Shown here in pieces: positions 39,680-49,808 of a stretch of 64,000 nt of DNA (positions within the stretch are counted from its first letter, which is position 1; the number at the start of each line of letters is the position of its first letter). The notes beneath the pieces are model-generated. The model did no database searches and had not been told where the DNA came from. It was given only the letters and a program-made list of their open reading frames with translations. The position numbers were made by a program, and so were the translations under genes. Source of the stretch: an uncultured bacterium (GTDB taxonomy: Bacteria; UBP4; UBA4092); the NCBI GenBank assembly GCA_964644695.1, contig CAZXWN010000005.1:62001-126000 (forward strand), in the 5' to 3' direction.

Positions 39680-39725
39680 ATTCGGTTATAATACAAAAAG
39701 AAACTATGACCGTAAGGAATAATTT

Positions 39726-40514
39726 ATGATTCCATATACTTTAAAACAAACCCTTATTCTGATTTCAGTAAGTATCGGTTGTGTTGCTAGTGTTTTTTCT
39801 GCAAACACACAAATGTCATTCTATTCTCTGCCCAAGTCAGTTGACTCTTCTTTTCTGGAAGACTCCACTTTCAAAGATTCCTTGCTGGATGCAGTTAAAC
39901 AAGATTTAGAGAATCTGCTGGGAGTGAAGGAATCGGATTCTGGAGGTGTCCAGATTATTGTCGATACTAAACAATCCATGGTGATAGTCGTGGGTGATAA
40001 GGAGTCCATCCGGAAGGCAGATGAGTATATGGAATCTCTGCGAAAAGCCCCCATCTTTTATTCATCAGACAAGGATGACTCAACCGGGCCAGCTGAAAGT
40101 TATTCAGAAGCGAGTCCGTCCGTCAGAGCTCCCATGCTTAGCAGGATTTACACTATCCATCATGCTGACCCCCGAAATATCCGGAATATTCTCAATCAGA
40201 TTATTCAAGAGTCCCGAAGCCGTTACTCAAAACCGGCATACTCAATTCCCTCTTCAGAGTCTCCAGTTCAGAAATCCATATTCACAGGATTCGGCAAGGG
40301 AATTCAGATATACGACTTATCCATTGATGCCGTATCCATTGAGAAAAGTCCTGCAGGGACTTTACAGGCAAAACTCTACGCATATCGTCCGGGGAAAGAT
40401 TGGGAGTTTACGCTACAAGAAGGCCGATCAACCCGATTCGACCAATATCTCATCAGTGTCAACAAGATTGACGTGGACCGCAAACAAATAACAATCACCG
40501 TCAGCAAACGGTAA
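39726..40514 (+). CDS. Exported protein with secretin N-terminal (NolW-like) repeat
   Basis: Signal peptide; IIVDTKQSMVIVVG...I and RIYTIHHADP segments resemble NolW-like repeats. No secretin barrel. Confidence 0.55.
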   Translation: MIPYTLKQTLILISVSIGCVASVFSANTQMSFYSLPKSVDSSFLEDSTFKDSLLDAVKQDLENLLGVKESDSGGVQIIVDTKQSMVIVVGDKESIRKADEYMESLRKAPIFYSSDKDDSTGPAESYSEASPSVRAPMLSRIYTIHHADPRNIRNILNQIIQESRSRYSKPAYSIPSSESPVQKSIFTGFGKGIQIYDLSIDAVSIEKSPAGTLQAKLYAYRPGKDWEFTLQEGRSTRFDQYLISVNKIDVDRKQITITVSKR

Positions 40515-40562
40515 TGATTTGCCGGACAGACTCTGACTGTGATTAAATGTTAATCTGCTGTT

Positions 40563-41597
40563 ATGGAAACCATATCATTTAAAAATATGCTTGGACATCA
40601 ACTAGTCATGGACTATTTACGAAATAGTCTCATTCATGGACCGGTGGCGCATGCTTTTTTGTTCTACGGACCAGATGGCATAGGTAAAACAACTATCGCC
40701 ACCCGATTTGCTCAGGCCCTGATGTGTCCCGAAGCATCAAAAACTGGGGACGCCTGTGATATCTGTGATTCCTGCCGTCGTTTCATAAACAATGCTCATC
40801 CCAATTTTCAATTACTGGAACCTGAAGGAAAAACAGGTTATAAAATCGAGCAACTCCGTGAAATGAGAAAAGATGTTGCCATGATGGGGTCTCGTGATTC
40901 TCGGCGTGTGTATCTCATCCCCCAAGCAGATCTTATGAAACCCCAGGCCGCCAATGCCATATTAAAAACACTGGAGGAGCCCCCTCCGGGTGTTGTTTTG
41001 ATTTTAATCACATCTCAGATATTAAGGATACTTCCAACTATCGTATCCCGGTGTCAACAAGTGCGGTTCGGCCGGCTTTCTTTGGAAGAAACAGGTTCAC
41101 TCCTTCAAACAAAAACCGGGCTTGATAAACAATCGTCAGAATTACTGGCTATGTTTGGAGACAAATCCCCCGGGCAATGCTTGTATCAGGCAGACCCGGC
41201 AATTGCCAGTCTCCGTCTTTCCATTTTGAATATACTTTCTGACTTCAAACCAAAAGAATCCCGAAAAGTGTTGATGATTCCATTGGCCATTCTTGATCGC
41301 AAAAAAGTGGCAGATAAAGAAGGGCCCAAAGTTGATATAACAGTGATTTATGATTGGTTGATGTTCTGGTTTAGAGATTTGATAGTTTACCGATTAACTG
41401 AAGACCCTGACCAATTAGTCCACCGTGACGCCGCTGAACAGGTCAGCAATATTGCAAAATACTGGAGTTGGGCTTCAGCCCGGGCAGCTATCCAACAACT
41501 CGAATACATTAAGTTTCTTGCTTCAAAAAACTTAAGTGCACAAATATGTCTCGAATCAGTCCTTTATGAAGCCTTTAGAGCCAGTGGGACATCTTGA
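40563..41597 (+). CDS. holB: DNA polymerase III subunit delta'
   Basis: HAFLFYGPDGIGK, CDICDSC, ANAILKTLEEPP, LPTIVSRCQ. Confidence 0.93.
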   Translation: METISFKNMLGHQLVMDYLRNSLIHGPVAHAFLFYGPDGIGKTTIATRFAQALMCPEASKTGDACDICDSCRRFINNAHPNFQLLEPEGKTGYKIEQLREMRKDVAMMGSRDSRRVYLIPQADLMKPQAANAILKTLEEPPPGVVLILITSQILRILPTIVSRCQQVRFGRLSLEETGSLLQTKTGLDKQSSELLAMFGDKSPGQCLYQADPAIASLRLSILNILSDFKPKESRKVLMIPLAILDRKKVADKEGPKVDITVIYDWLMFWFRDLIVYRLTEDPDQLVHRDAAEQVSNIAKYWSWASARAAIQQLEYIKFLASKNLSAQICLESVLYEAFRASGTS

Positions 41598-41619
41598 GTA
41601 TGGTAGAATAAAAACCTTT

Positions 41620-42447
41620 ATGGAAGACGAAAACAAAGATATACAAAACCGGAACGCAGAGAATTTCGAACAGGAAATGCTTCGTCCGGAAACTGTGGCT
41701 GAATTTGCTGTACGTGGATGTGGTTCGCACACCTTTTGCTGTGGATGTGCGGATGATGTAACTGTTTGTAGAAATAAACATTACCTACTCCAGGTAGACA
41801 GAACTGAAGAAGTAGGACTGGCACTTTTCCCTTCCCGACCCTGTCCAAATCATTCTATTAAAATAGATCCTTCTGTTTCAGCAATTCGTCCGTTAACCGA
41901 TGAAGAAGAGGAATTACTTGTTCAGCGCAGGGTTGAAGAAGTTAAAGCAATGAAACTCATCAAGGACAAAGTTAAAGAACATCAGCTAAACATGAAGGTC
42001 AGCAACGTAGAATTTAACCATGATGAGTCGATTATCTTCTGTTATTTCACAGCTCCTGAGCGAGTTGATTTCCGTGAACTGGTGCGAGATTTAGGGCATA
42101 CTTTCCGAAAGCGGATAGAGTTAAAACAAATCGGCGCCAGAGACGAAACTCGGATGATTGGCGGCCACGGGCATTGTGGAAATCAGTTATGTTGCAGTGG
42201 CGTTTTTCGTGCAGCCATCCTTCCTTCTGTCTCAATGAAAATGGCTAAAACGCAGAAACTCTCCACCAACCCACAGAATTTATTGGGATTATGTGGGAAG
42301 TTGCGATGTTGCCTAGCCTACGAGTATAAGGAATACCATGAAAATGGTCAGCCTGATATCAGTAATCGGCCAATCAAAGAAGCATCTGTCCCGCAATATC
42401 ATGACTCTTCCGAAACAACGGAACCAAATCCCGAAGAGGCCCAATAG
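41620..42447 (+). CDS. ricT: PSP1 C-terminal domain protein (RicT/YaaT-like)
   Basis: YFTAPERVDFRELVRDL, IELKQIGARDE, CG..LCC, GLCGKLRCCL.YE; follows holB. Confidence 0.85.
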   Translation: MEDENKDIQNRNAENFEQEMLRPETVAEFAVRGCGSHTFCCGCADDVTVCRNKHYLLQVDRTEEVGLALFPSRPCPNHSIKIDPSVSAIRPLTDEEEELLVQRRVEEVKAMKLIKDKVKEHQLNMKVSNVEFNHDESIIFCYFTAPERVDFRELVRDLGHTFRKRIELKQIGARDETRMIGGHGHCGNQLCCSGVFRAAILPSVSMKMAKTQKLSTNPQNLLGLCGKLRCCLAYEYKEYHENGQPDISNRPIKEASVPQYHDSSETTEPNPEEAQ

Positions 42448-42611
42448 TTATAAATTTCAGTATATTTCGGGGTAGTTCATTGTCCTTCAACCAGCTATTA
42501 TAGAACCAGATTTGCCAGAAAACCCTGTTTCATGGTATAAATAATGATTGTGCCTGGTAACAGGTACGCTATTTAATTTGCACAAATGAGCCTTTTATAA
42601 GGCCATAAACT

Positions 42612-42713
42612 GCACGCTTTTGGATGTATCGGCAGGTGCCTGCGCTTTCCGCTTGACGGTTGGAAAGAGGATGGGTCGTCGAGCAGATGAAAAAAGCGGA
42701 AGCATACAAAACC
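42612..42713 (+). ncRNA. rpsB leader (t44/S2-binding-like cis-regulatory RNA)
   Basis: CACGCTTTT...AGGTGCC...GGGTCG...ATG..AAAAGCGGAAGCAT-AAACC resembles the conserved rpsB 5' leader; the outer stem CGCTTTT/AAAAGCG pairs. Confidence 0.65.
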
Positions 42714-42732
42714 ACAGGAGGTAATTATACCT

Positions 42733-43692
42733 ATGTCTACCGTCTCCAATCCTCCGACCTCAGCCGCAGCGGCGCAGGTCACCATCAAACAATTCCTGGA
42801 AGCTGGCGTTCATTTCGGACACCAAACCCGGCGTTGGAACCCCAAAATGGCCAAGTACATCTTCGGCGAAAGAAATGACATCTACATCATTGATCTCAAA
42901 AAGACCATGAAGATGTTTCGTGAAAGCTGCGATTATGCCAAGACCATTGGTATCAGCGGAAAAGAAATTCTTTTTGTAGGCACAAAGAAACAGGCTCAAG
43001 ATACCATCCGTGATGAAGCGACCAAAGCTGGTATGCCTTATGTGAATCATCGTTGGCTCGGCGGCATGTTGACCAACTTTGCCACAGTCAGCCGTTCTAT
43101 TAAACGCTTACAGCTTCTGGAAAAGATGGAAGCTGATGGCACATTAGCCCTTCGTTCCAAAAAAGAACAGTCCCGTCTGATGAAGGAAAAAGATAAACTC
43201 GTCAAGAATTTGGGCGGTATCAAAAACATGAAGGGTTTACCAGCTGCCATGTTCGTGGTTGACCCCAACAATGAAGACATTGCTGTCCATGAAGCCAATC
43301 GCTTAGGAATCCCAGTTATCGCCATCACTGATACTAATTGCGATCCTGATCCGATTCAGTGGATTGTTCCAGCTAATGATGATGCTATCCGTTCCGTCCA
43401 ACTCATCACCTCCAAGATTGCTGAAAGCCTTATGGAAGGCCGCATGGAATTCGACAAGCAGGTGACTGATGGTATGGTCGAAGCACAGGCTCAGGCTGAA
43501 GGTTCCGACCTGGATGCCACAGTAGTTGATCCGAATGCTCTCTTAGAAAATGAAGCACCTGTCATCAAAGACTTTGATGGTGCCACTGAAATTCCAGATT
43601 CATTAGTGATTGAAGACACAAAAGATTCCACTTCTGTGGACCTTTTTGAAGAAACCACTGTAGATGATATCGAAGAAGATTTCCAGAAATAG
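42733..43692 (+). CDS. rpsB: 30S ribosomal protein S2 (acidic C-terminal extension)
   Basis: [42 protein letters not shown]. Confidence 0.98.
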   Translation: MSTVSNPPTSAAAAQVTIKQFLEAGVHFGHQTRRWNPKMAKYIFGERNDIYIIDLKKTMKMFRESCDYAKTIGISGKEILFVGTKKQAQDTIRDEATKAGMPYVNHRWLGGMLTNFATVSRSIKRLQLLEKMEADGTLALRSKKEQSRLMKEKDKLVKNLGGIKNMKGLPAAMFVVDPNNEDIAVHEANRLGIPVIAITDTNCDPDPIQWIVPANDDAIRSVQLITSKIAESLMEGRMEFDKQVTDGMVEAQAQAEGSDLDATVVDPNALLENEAPVIKDFDGATEIPDSLVIEDTKDSTSVDLFEETTVDDIEEDFQK

Positions 43693-43755
43693 TTGATAAC
43701 AGCTGTTTCCAAATCAAAACTGAAATCACCCTTTTATGGAGGTATAAATAAAATC

Positions 43756-44625
43756 ATGGCTGTAACAATTGATGCAAAAACTGTTGCCAAACTCCGGGAA
43801 ATTACTGGAGCAGGCATGATGGATTGTAAAAAAGCTCTAAACGATACAGAAGGAGATTTCGATAAAGCTATTGAACTTCTCCGTACTAAAGGCATGGCCA
43901 CTGCAGAGAAAAAGGCAACCCGTGTCGCCAAAGATGGTTGTGTGGCTCTGGACATCAGTGCTGACTCAAAAACAGGAATCATCTTCGAACTGAATTGTGA
44001 AACAGACTTTGTGGCCAAAAACGAGCATTTCCAGGCCCTTCTTCAGGATTTGAAAAAACAGGCTATCGAAAAGAAATTCAAATCAAAAGAAGACTTCCCG
44101 GCTGAACAGATCAAAGAATTTATTGCCAAGCTGGGTGAAAACACTTCCGTTGGATCTTTTGCCCGTTACGAAGCTAATGCTACTGGATATATCGGTTGCT
44201 ACATGCATCCTTCCCCGAATCCGAATGTCTTTAAACTCGGCGTTATGGTGGAAGTTGAAGCGGCAAATGATCCTTCTGCAAACAAGGCTGAATTAGCCAC
44301 ATTAACCCGTGACTTGGCCATGCAGATAGCCTCTTTGATGCCTCAGTATGTTAATAGCTCTGAAATTCCTGCTGAAATCATTCAGAAAGAAAAAGAAATT
44401 TATATGGAGCAGGCTCGCCAGGAAGGTAAGAAAGAAGATTTCCTGGAGAAGATTGCTACCGGCAAACTGAATAAGTTCTACACACAAGTATGTTTGATTG
44501 ATCAGGCTTTCATTAAAGATGATAAAATCACAGTCAAACAGCATGTCGAAAATATCTCTAAACAAATCGGCAATGAAATTAAAATCGTCCGTTTTGCCCG
44601 CATCAAAGTCGGCGAACAGGCTTAA
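43756..44625 (+). CDS. tsf: Elongation factor Ts
   Basis: LREITGAGMMDCKKAL, ELNCETDFVAKN. Confidence 0.97.
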   Translation: MAVTIDAKTVAKLREITGAGMMDCKKALNDTEGDFDKAIELLRTKGMATAEKKATRVAKDGCVALDISADSKTGIIFELNCETDFVAKNEHFQALLQDLKKQAIEKKFKSKEDFPAEQIKEFIAKLGENTSVGSFARYEANATGYIGCYMHPSPNPNVFKLGVMVEVEAANDPSANKAELATLTRDLAMQIASLMPQYVNSSEIPAEIIQKEKEIYMEQARQEGKKEDFLEKIATGKLNKFYTQVCLIDQAFIKDDKITVKQHVENISKQIGNEIKIVRFARIKVGEQA

Positions 44626-44643
44626 CAAAAAAGGATAAAACCC

Positions 44644-45360
44644 GTGTCTGAAGTTAAATTTAAAAAGGTCCTTCTGAAACTCTCTGGAGAAGCTTTAATG
44701 GGCTCTCAGGGATACGGAATAGACCCAGCTATTCTGGATACCTTTGCATCTGAAATAGCTGAGGTCAAACGACTCGGGATCCAAATAGCAATTGTGATTG
44801 GTGGCGGAAACATCTTTAGGGGTGTTTCCGCTTCCGCTAAAGGGATGGACCGTGCCAGTGCCGATTATATGGGAATGCTGGCCACTGTTTTAAATTCCCT
44901 GGCACTACAGGATAGCCTGGAAAAGAAAGGGATCCAGACCCGTGTCATGTCAGCCATTGAGATGGTTGAACTTTGTGAGAAATACATCCGTCGTCGGGCC
45001 ATCCGACATATGGAGAAAGACAGGGTCGTCATCTTCGCCGCAGGAACCGGCAATCCATTCTTTACAACCGATACAGCAGCCGCTTTGCGTGCCAACGAAA
45101 TCGGTGCGGATATTATTCTGAAAGCAACCCGCGTTGATGGTGTTTATACTTCTGACCCTGAAAAAGATGCAAATGCTGTGAAATTTGATACACTATCTTT
45201 CATGGAAGTTTTGAAACAGGGATTAAAAGTAATGGATTCAACAGCAATCAGCTTGTGTAAAGACAATAATGTTCCTATTATTGTATTTAACATTAAAACT
45301 CCAGGTAACTTTAAGAAAGTTATTCTCGGAGAAACTATCGGAACTTATGTGGGAGTATGA
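44644..45360 (+). CDS. pyrH: UMP kinase
   Basis: [33 protein letters not shown]. Confidence 0.97.
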   Translation: MSEVKFKKVLLKLSGEALMGSQGYGIDPAILDTFASEIAEVKRLGIQIAIVIGGGNIFRGVSASAKGMDRASADYMGMLATVLNSLALQDSLEKKGIQTRVMSAIEMVELCEKYIRRRAIRHMEKDRVVIFAAGTGNPFFTTDTAAALRANEIGADIILKATRVDGVYTSDPEKDANAVKFDTLSFMEVLKQGLKVMDSTAISLCKDNNVPIIVFNIKTPGNFKKVILGETIGTYVGV

Positions 45361-45363
45361 TTT

Positions 45364-45927
45364 ATGCCAGATCATCCAATCCTGAAAGACAGTGAAGACA
45401 AAATGATTAAAGCGGTTGACTCCGTGAAACACGAGTTTTCAACCGTCCGGACCGGAAGAGCCTCCACCGCATTACTCGACAACATCAAAGTAGAAGCTTA
45501 TGGAGCGCAAACTCCAATCAAACAGTTAGCCAACATTTCAACTCCGGAATCTCGTACTCTACAGATACAGCCTTGGGATGCCAGTCTGATGGGAGCTATC
45601 GAAAAAGCCATTCTGAAAAGTGATATAGGAATAACTCCTCAGAATGATGGAAAAACGATTCGGCTTTCAATGCCACAACTAACCCAGGACCGGCGCAAAG
45701 AACTGGTTAAGATTATCCATAAAATGGCTGAAGAAAAAGGGAAGGTCTCTATTCGGACTATCCGTCGTCATGCAGTCGATATCTTGAAAAAAGATGAAAA
45801 AGACGGCAAACTCCCTGAAGATGAATCCAAAAAGCAGGAAAAGAAAGTCCAAGACCTTCATGACAAGTTTATTGCTGATATAGATGCTGCTACCAAGAAA
45901 AAAGAAGCAGAAATCATGGAAGTCTAA
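45364..45927 (+). CDS. frr: Ribosome recycling factor
   Basis: RTGRA, PQNDG, P.LT..RRKELVK. Confidence 0.97.
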   Translation: MPDHPILKDSEDKMIKAVDSVKHEFSTVRTGRASTALLDNIKVEAYGAQTPIKQLANISTPESRTLQIQPWDASLMGAIEKAILKSDIGITPQNDGKTIRLSMPQLTQDRRKELVKIIHKMAEEKGKVSIRTIRRHAVDILKKDEKDGKLPEDESKKQEKKVQDLHDKFIADIDAATKKKEAEIMEV

Positions 45928-45998
45928 GACTTGTTGACATAAAATATGAGACAGAACTTTGAGAAGCGGGGAAACCCGCTTCTCAAGTTTACATAACC

Positions 45999-46751
45999 AT
46001 GACAAAACACTCTTCAGATACTTCAAAAGAATTATTACAGCAAATGGACCCCAGCCGGCTGCCATGCCATGTAGCTATTATCATGGATGGAAATGGAAGA
46101 TGGGCTAAACAGCGACATCTTCCCCGTGTAGAAGGCCATAGACGGGGCATTAACGGTGTCCGTGAAGTGGTAGAAGGGTGTTGTGAAGCCGGAGTCAAAT
46201 TTCTAACTCTGTATGCGTTTTCTGTCGAAAACTGGCAGCGTCCACTTAGTGAAGTATCCGTTTTAATGGGACTCCTGGTTCGCTTTTTATACGATGAAAT
46301 AGAAGAAATGAATTCCAATGGTGTTCGATTACGGGTCACAGGTCGCCGAGACCATTTGGATAACCAAATACTGAAAGCCATTCATACAGCTGAAACATCA
46401 ACGCAAAACAATACCCGCCTTGTATTAAACCTGGCGTTCAACTACGGTTCTCGTGCCGAGATAGAGGATTCCCTCCGAGCCATCGCAAAAGATGTGAAAG
46501 AAGGAAAACTCCAACCCGACACAATAACCGCAGAAACTCTCAGAGACTACCTCTATTCTCCCTGGTTACCCGACCCGGATCTTTTAATCCGTACGAGTGG
46601 AGAACTTCGCATCAGCAACTTCCTTTTATGGCAGATGGCCTACACTGAGCTGTATTTTACAGATACATTGTGGCCAGACTTTGGACGAAATGATCTTTAC
46701 AAAGCAATCCTTGATTATCAAAAACGGGAAAGGCGTTTCGGAAAAGTTTAA
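45999..46751 (+). CDS. uppS: Undecaprenyl diphosphate synthase
   Basis: HVAIIMDGNGRWA, YAFSVENW, IRTSGELRISNFLLWQ. Confidence 0.97.
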   Translation: MTKHSSDTSKELLQQMDPSRLPCHVAIIMDGNGRWAKQRHLPRVEGHRRGINGVREVVEGCCEAGVKFLTLYAFSVENWQRPLSEVSVLMGLLVRFLYDEIEEMNSNGVRLRVTGRRDHLDNQILKAIHTAETSTQNNTRLVLNLAFNYGSRAEIEDSLRAIAKDVKEGKLQPDTITAETLRDYLYSPWLPDPDLLIRTSGELRISNFLLWQMAYTELYFTDTLWPDFGRNDLYKAILDYQKRERRFGKV

Positions 46752-47611
46752 TGGCCGGCAAAGGCAAAGAGTTTGCATTCAGAGTCCTCAGCACATTTGT
46801 ATTTGTGCCGATATTTATTTGGGGTCTCTTTTACCCAGAGTACCATCTTACCGAGTTAATCGTTATTCCCGCAACGATATGGGGCATGAGTGAGTTTTAT
46901 GCCATGGCTGAAAAACTCGGAGCTAATCCCCTAAAATACTGGGGTTATTCTATTGCAGTTATTATTGGGATACTTTCCATAATCCCTGCGCAACAACCCT
47001 TCCTTTGGCTGGTACTTCTGACCTGGGGACTCATGGGCATCAGCTTCATTCAATCCATGCTGCTCAAAAAATCCAAAACAGAAATTGCCGTCAAGGATTA
47101 CAGTGCCACTTTGATGGGTATTATCTATGTCGCCTGGCCCTTCTTTTTGTTTCTCAAGATTGCTCAAATGCCTGCAGGTCCATGGCTGATTCTGTGGTTA
47201 ATGGCCGTGACCTGGGCCTGTGATATTGGTGCCTATCTGGTGGGTAATCTGATTGGCCGCCACAAATTGTGTCCCTCAGTAAGTCCGGGAAAAACGGTGG
47301 AAGGATTAATTGGTGGACTGCTCTTAAGCGGCCTTGCCGGCTGGGGACTGTTCCGCGCTTTCCCACTCGATAAAATCCCGGAAAGTATCGGGAGCTGGCC
47401 AATAGGCGGCATCGTTCTGCTGGCACTGGCAATTACCGTGGTAGGTGTTTATGGCGATTTAGCGGAATCTATTATGAAACGCCAGGCTGGTGTCAAAGAC
47501 TCAGGGAACACTTTTACTGGCCATGGTGGTATGCTGGATATTGTGGATAGTTTATTATTCACAGTCCCCGTATTTTACTTTCTGATTCAATTAGTTCAGG
47601 AATTGAAATAG
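46751..47611 (+). CDS. cdsA: Phosphatidate cytidylyltransferase
   Basis: D.GAY, SPGKTVEG, GDLAES.MKR..GVKDSG...GHGG.LD..DS. Confidence 0.95.
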   Translation: MAGKGKEFAFRVLSTFVFVPIFIWGLFYPEYHLTELIVIPATIWGMSEFYAMAEKLGANPLKYWGYSIAVIIGILSIIPAQQPFLWLVLLTWGLMGISFIQSMLLKKSKTEIAVKDYSATLMGIIYVAWPFFLFLKIAQMPAGPWLILWLMAVTWACDIGAYLVGNLIGRHKLCPSVSPGKTVEGLIGGLLLSGLAGWGLFRAFPLDKIPESIGSWPIGGIVLLALAITVVGVYGDLAESIMKRQAGVKDSGNTFTGHGGMLDIVDSLLFTVPVFYFLIQLVQELK

Positions 47612-47624
47612 ACAAGAGCCAACT

Positions 47625-48716
47625 ATGAAGATACTCGACCGCTATCTAATCCGTCTTGCTGTCACTCTCTTTTCCGTAGTATTTTTCGTTATGAGTATGA
47701 TGGTTGTCATGGTCAAGTTCATTGATGAGCTGGACTATTTCACCAAATTCCAAGCCTCAACTCCCAATATCATTGAATACCTTTTATACTATATCCCCTC
47801 CTCATTCCAACAGGTAATCCCTATTTCGGTCGTTTTAGGCGTCATGCTGATGCTGCTGGTATTGAACATAAACAATGAGCTTCTGGCTCTGCAGGCAGGA
47901 GGAATCAGCCGGCGTCGACTTGCAGCCATTATCCTTGGAGCGGCCGTTTGTATCACAGGATTCACCTGGCTGGCTAACAGCTCACTAATACCCTCAACCA
48001 TCCGAAAAATGAAAGTACAGAAAGCAAAAATCGAACATAAATCGGACCCGGGCTCTCAGGAATCCAAACAAACCTGGATGAAAGCACCTTCCGGTGACTT
48101 TTACAAAATAGGATTGATTGCAGACCAGGGACAGGAACTTCGGCTGATGGCCATTACCCACTTCAATCAGGATGCCAGTCGGTTACTCAAGGATTGGACG
48201 ATTGCTGAGGCTAAATGGGATGCTCAAAAAAAACAATGGCGTATTCCAGTATTACGAAGCCGGACCTTTGATGAAAATGGTTATTTGATTGAAGAAAAGT
48301 GGGATAAAAACATTTATCTTCCACTTGAGTTCAAACCCAGTGACTTTTCTCAGGTTGTAAGGTTACCCAAGGAAATGAGTACGCAACAACTGGAAGAACA
48401 CATCCATCTATTACAACGGGGTGGTCTGGACTCGAGAGCCGCCCGAATGAATTATCATCAACGACAAGCCTCTATATGGGCGCCACTCCTGTTGGCAATG
48501 ATTGGATTAGGATATGGGTTTTATATGACTCGCATGGAAATGGCTTCTGGAATTGCCATGGCGATAGTCTGGGTCGTTGCCTACCTGATGATGAACCAGT
48601 TTGCCTATACTCTGGGGAAATCAAACCTGCTGGACCCCGCCATACTGGCGTGGATACCCAATGTGATTGTTGGTTCATACGCACTGTGGCGCACGCGCCG
48701 CCTGTTATTCTCATAA
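47625..48716 (+). CDS. LptF/LptG family permease
   Basis: MKILDRYL, NELLAL.AGGIS, periplasmic beta region, AWIPN C-terminus. Confidence 0.88.
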   Translation: MKILDRYLIRLAVTLFSVVFFVMSMMVVMVKFIDELDYFTKFQASTPNIIEYLLYYIPSSFQQVIPISVVLGVMLMLLVLNINNELLALQAGGISRRRLAAIILGAAVCITGFTWLANSSLIPSTIRKMKVQKAKIEHKSDPGSQESKQTWMKAPSGDFYKIGLIADQGQELRLMAITHFNQDASRLLKDWTIAEAKWDAQKKQWRIPVLRSRTFDENGYLIEEKWDKNIYLPLEFKPSDFSQVVRLPKEMSTQQLEEHIHLLQRGGLDSRAARMNYHQRQASIWAPLLLAMIGLGYGFYMTRMEMASGIAMAIVWVVAYLMMNQFAYTLGKSNLLDPAILAWIPNVIVGSYALWRTRRLLFS

Positions 48717-48730
48717 CCATACAGAAAACT

Positions 48731-48768
48731 AAAACCTCCCGGATCCACAAAAATCCGGGAGGTTTTTT
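48731..48768. terminator. Bidirectional terminator
   Basis: AAAACCTCCCGGAT/ATCCGGGAGGTTTT stem between convergent genes. Confidence 0.8.
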
Positions 48769-48783
48769 ATTTATAATTATTCT

Positions 48784-49158
48784 TTATTTCGCAGATTGCA
48801 GTCGGTTTAACAGCAACTGAGCATCTTCATATCCAGGGCTTAATTCAACGGCTTTTTTCAGCAATTCAATCGCTTTATCCGTGTTTCCTTTTTCGGATTC
48901 CAGACGGCCCAATCTATAATAGGTGACAGGGCGAGGAGAAAGCTTGATAGAGTCTTCGTATTTAGCCATAGCTCCGGCGGTATCACCATCGGTTTCCAGT
49001 TTCAAACCTTCTTCATAAAGATTGACGGCCTTATCGACCTGGGTCAAATCTTTTTTCCATTTTACGGGTTGTAACCATTTATCATGCCGGCTGCATCCCA
49101 CCATCATTAAGGCTCCGGTTATGACAAAAAGCACCAAAATCAAACTAACTTTTCTCAT
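48784..49158 (-). CDS. TPR-containing lipoprotein
   Basis: Lipobox MVGC; TPR pattern YYRLG...AIELLKKAVELSP. Confidence 0.8.
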   Translation of the reverse strand: MRKVSLILVLFVITGALMMVGCSRHDKWLQPVKWKKDLTQVDKAVNLYEEGLKLETDGDTAGAMAKYEDSIKLSPRPVTYYRLGRLESEKGNTDKAIELLKKAVELSPGYEDAQLLLNRLQSAK

Positions 49159-49733
49159 TGCAACACCACCAGTCTTCCATCATTAAAAGTCACCATTTTC
49201 CATTTGGAACGGTACCAGAACATTAACTTTTGCCCCCCACCTGACAATTCAGAGACAATCACTTTATCAGGTTGCCCATGTTCCAAGACCCATTTACTTT
49301 GGTCATCGACAGGTCCGTTGAAGCAAAGAACACCCTTCTTAAATTGGAACATCTGATCCTTTTCTTCATAAATCCATTCATCAACTCGTTGTCCCCGTTT
49401 ATTTTGGAAACTCCGATAGTAGTCTGGAGGCCCTTCTAAGACTGCCAAATCAAACATATCAGGACTGTGGGCAATGGACGAACTGACTTTATCACTGGAA
49501 TTTTTCCGTAATTTAACGGATTGACCATGGTCAAAATCCTGAAGTTCCCGCTTATTGGCATAAGCCAGCCGGTCAAATACAGACTTAGGCTTTTCGGGAT
49601 CATTCACTCTTCCGGCATAAGCACCACCGGGTATTTTACCTGCCTGATTGGACTGGGTAGTGGCACATCCCGTCATCCCAGCCACGATTAAGGCGGCCAT
49701 TATCAGCATCATGAACATTCGTTTTGTAAGCAT
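49155..49733 (-). CDS. Hypothetical lipoprotein
   Basis: Lipobox MTGC; two G.PD...W.Y...F..G repeats (SmpA/BamE-like). Confidence 0.7.
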   Translation of the reverse strand: MLTKRMFMMLIMAALIVAGMTGCATTQSNQAGKIPGGAYAGRVNDPEKPKSVFDRLAYANKRELQDFDHGQSVKLRKNSSDKVSSSIAHSPDMFDLAVLEGPPDYYRSFQNKRGQRVDEWIYEEKDQMFQFKKGVLCFNGPVDDQSKWVLEHGQPDKVIVSELSGGGQKLMFWYRSKWKMVTFNDGRLVVLQ

Positions 49734-49808
49734 GATTCTTCCTGTCTGGAAATTTGTTTGATTATACCTTATTTCCCTTATTGATGTGGGAGAAGAATGG
49801 TTGACACC

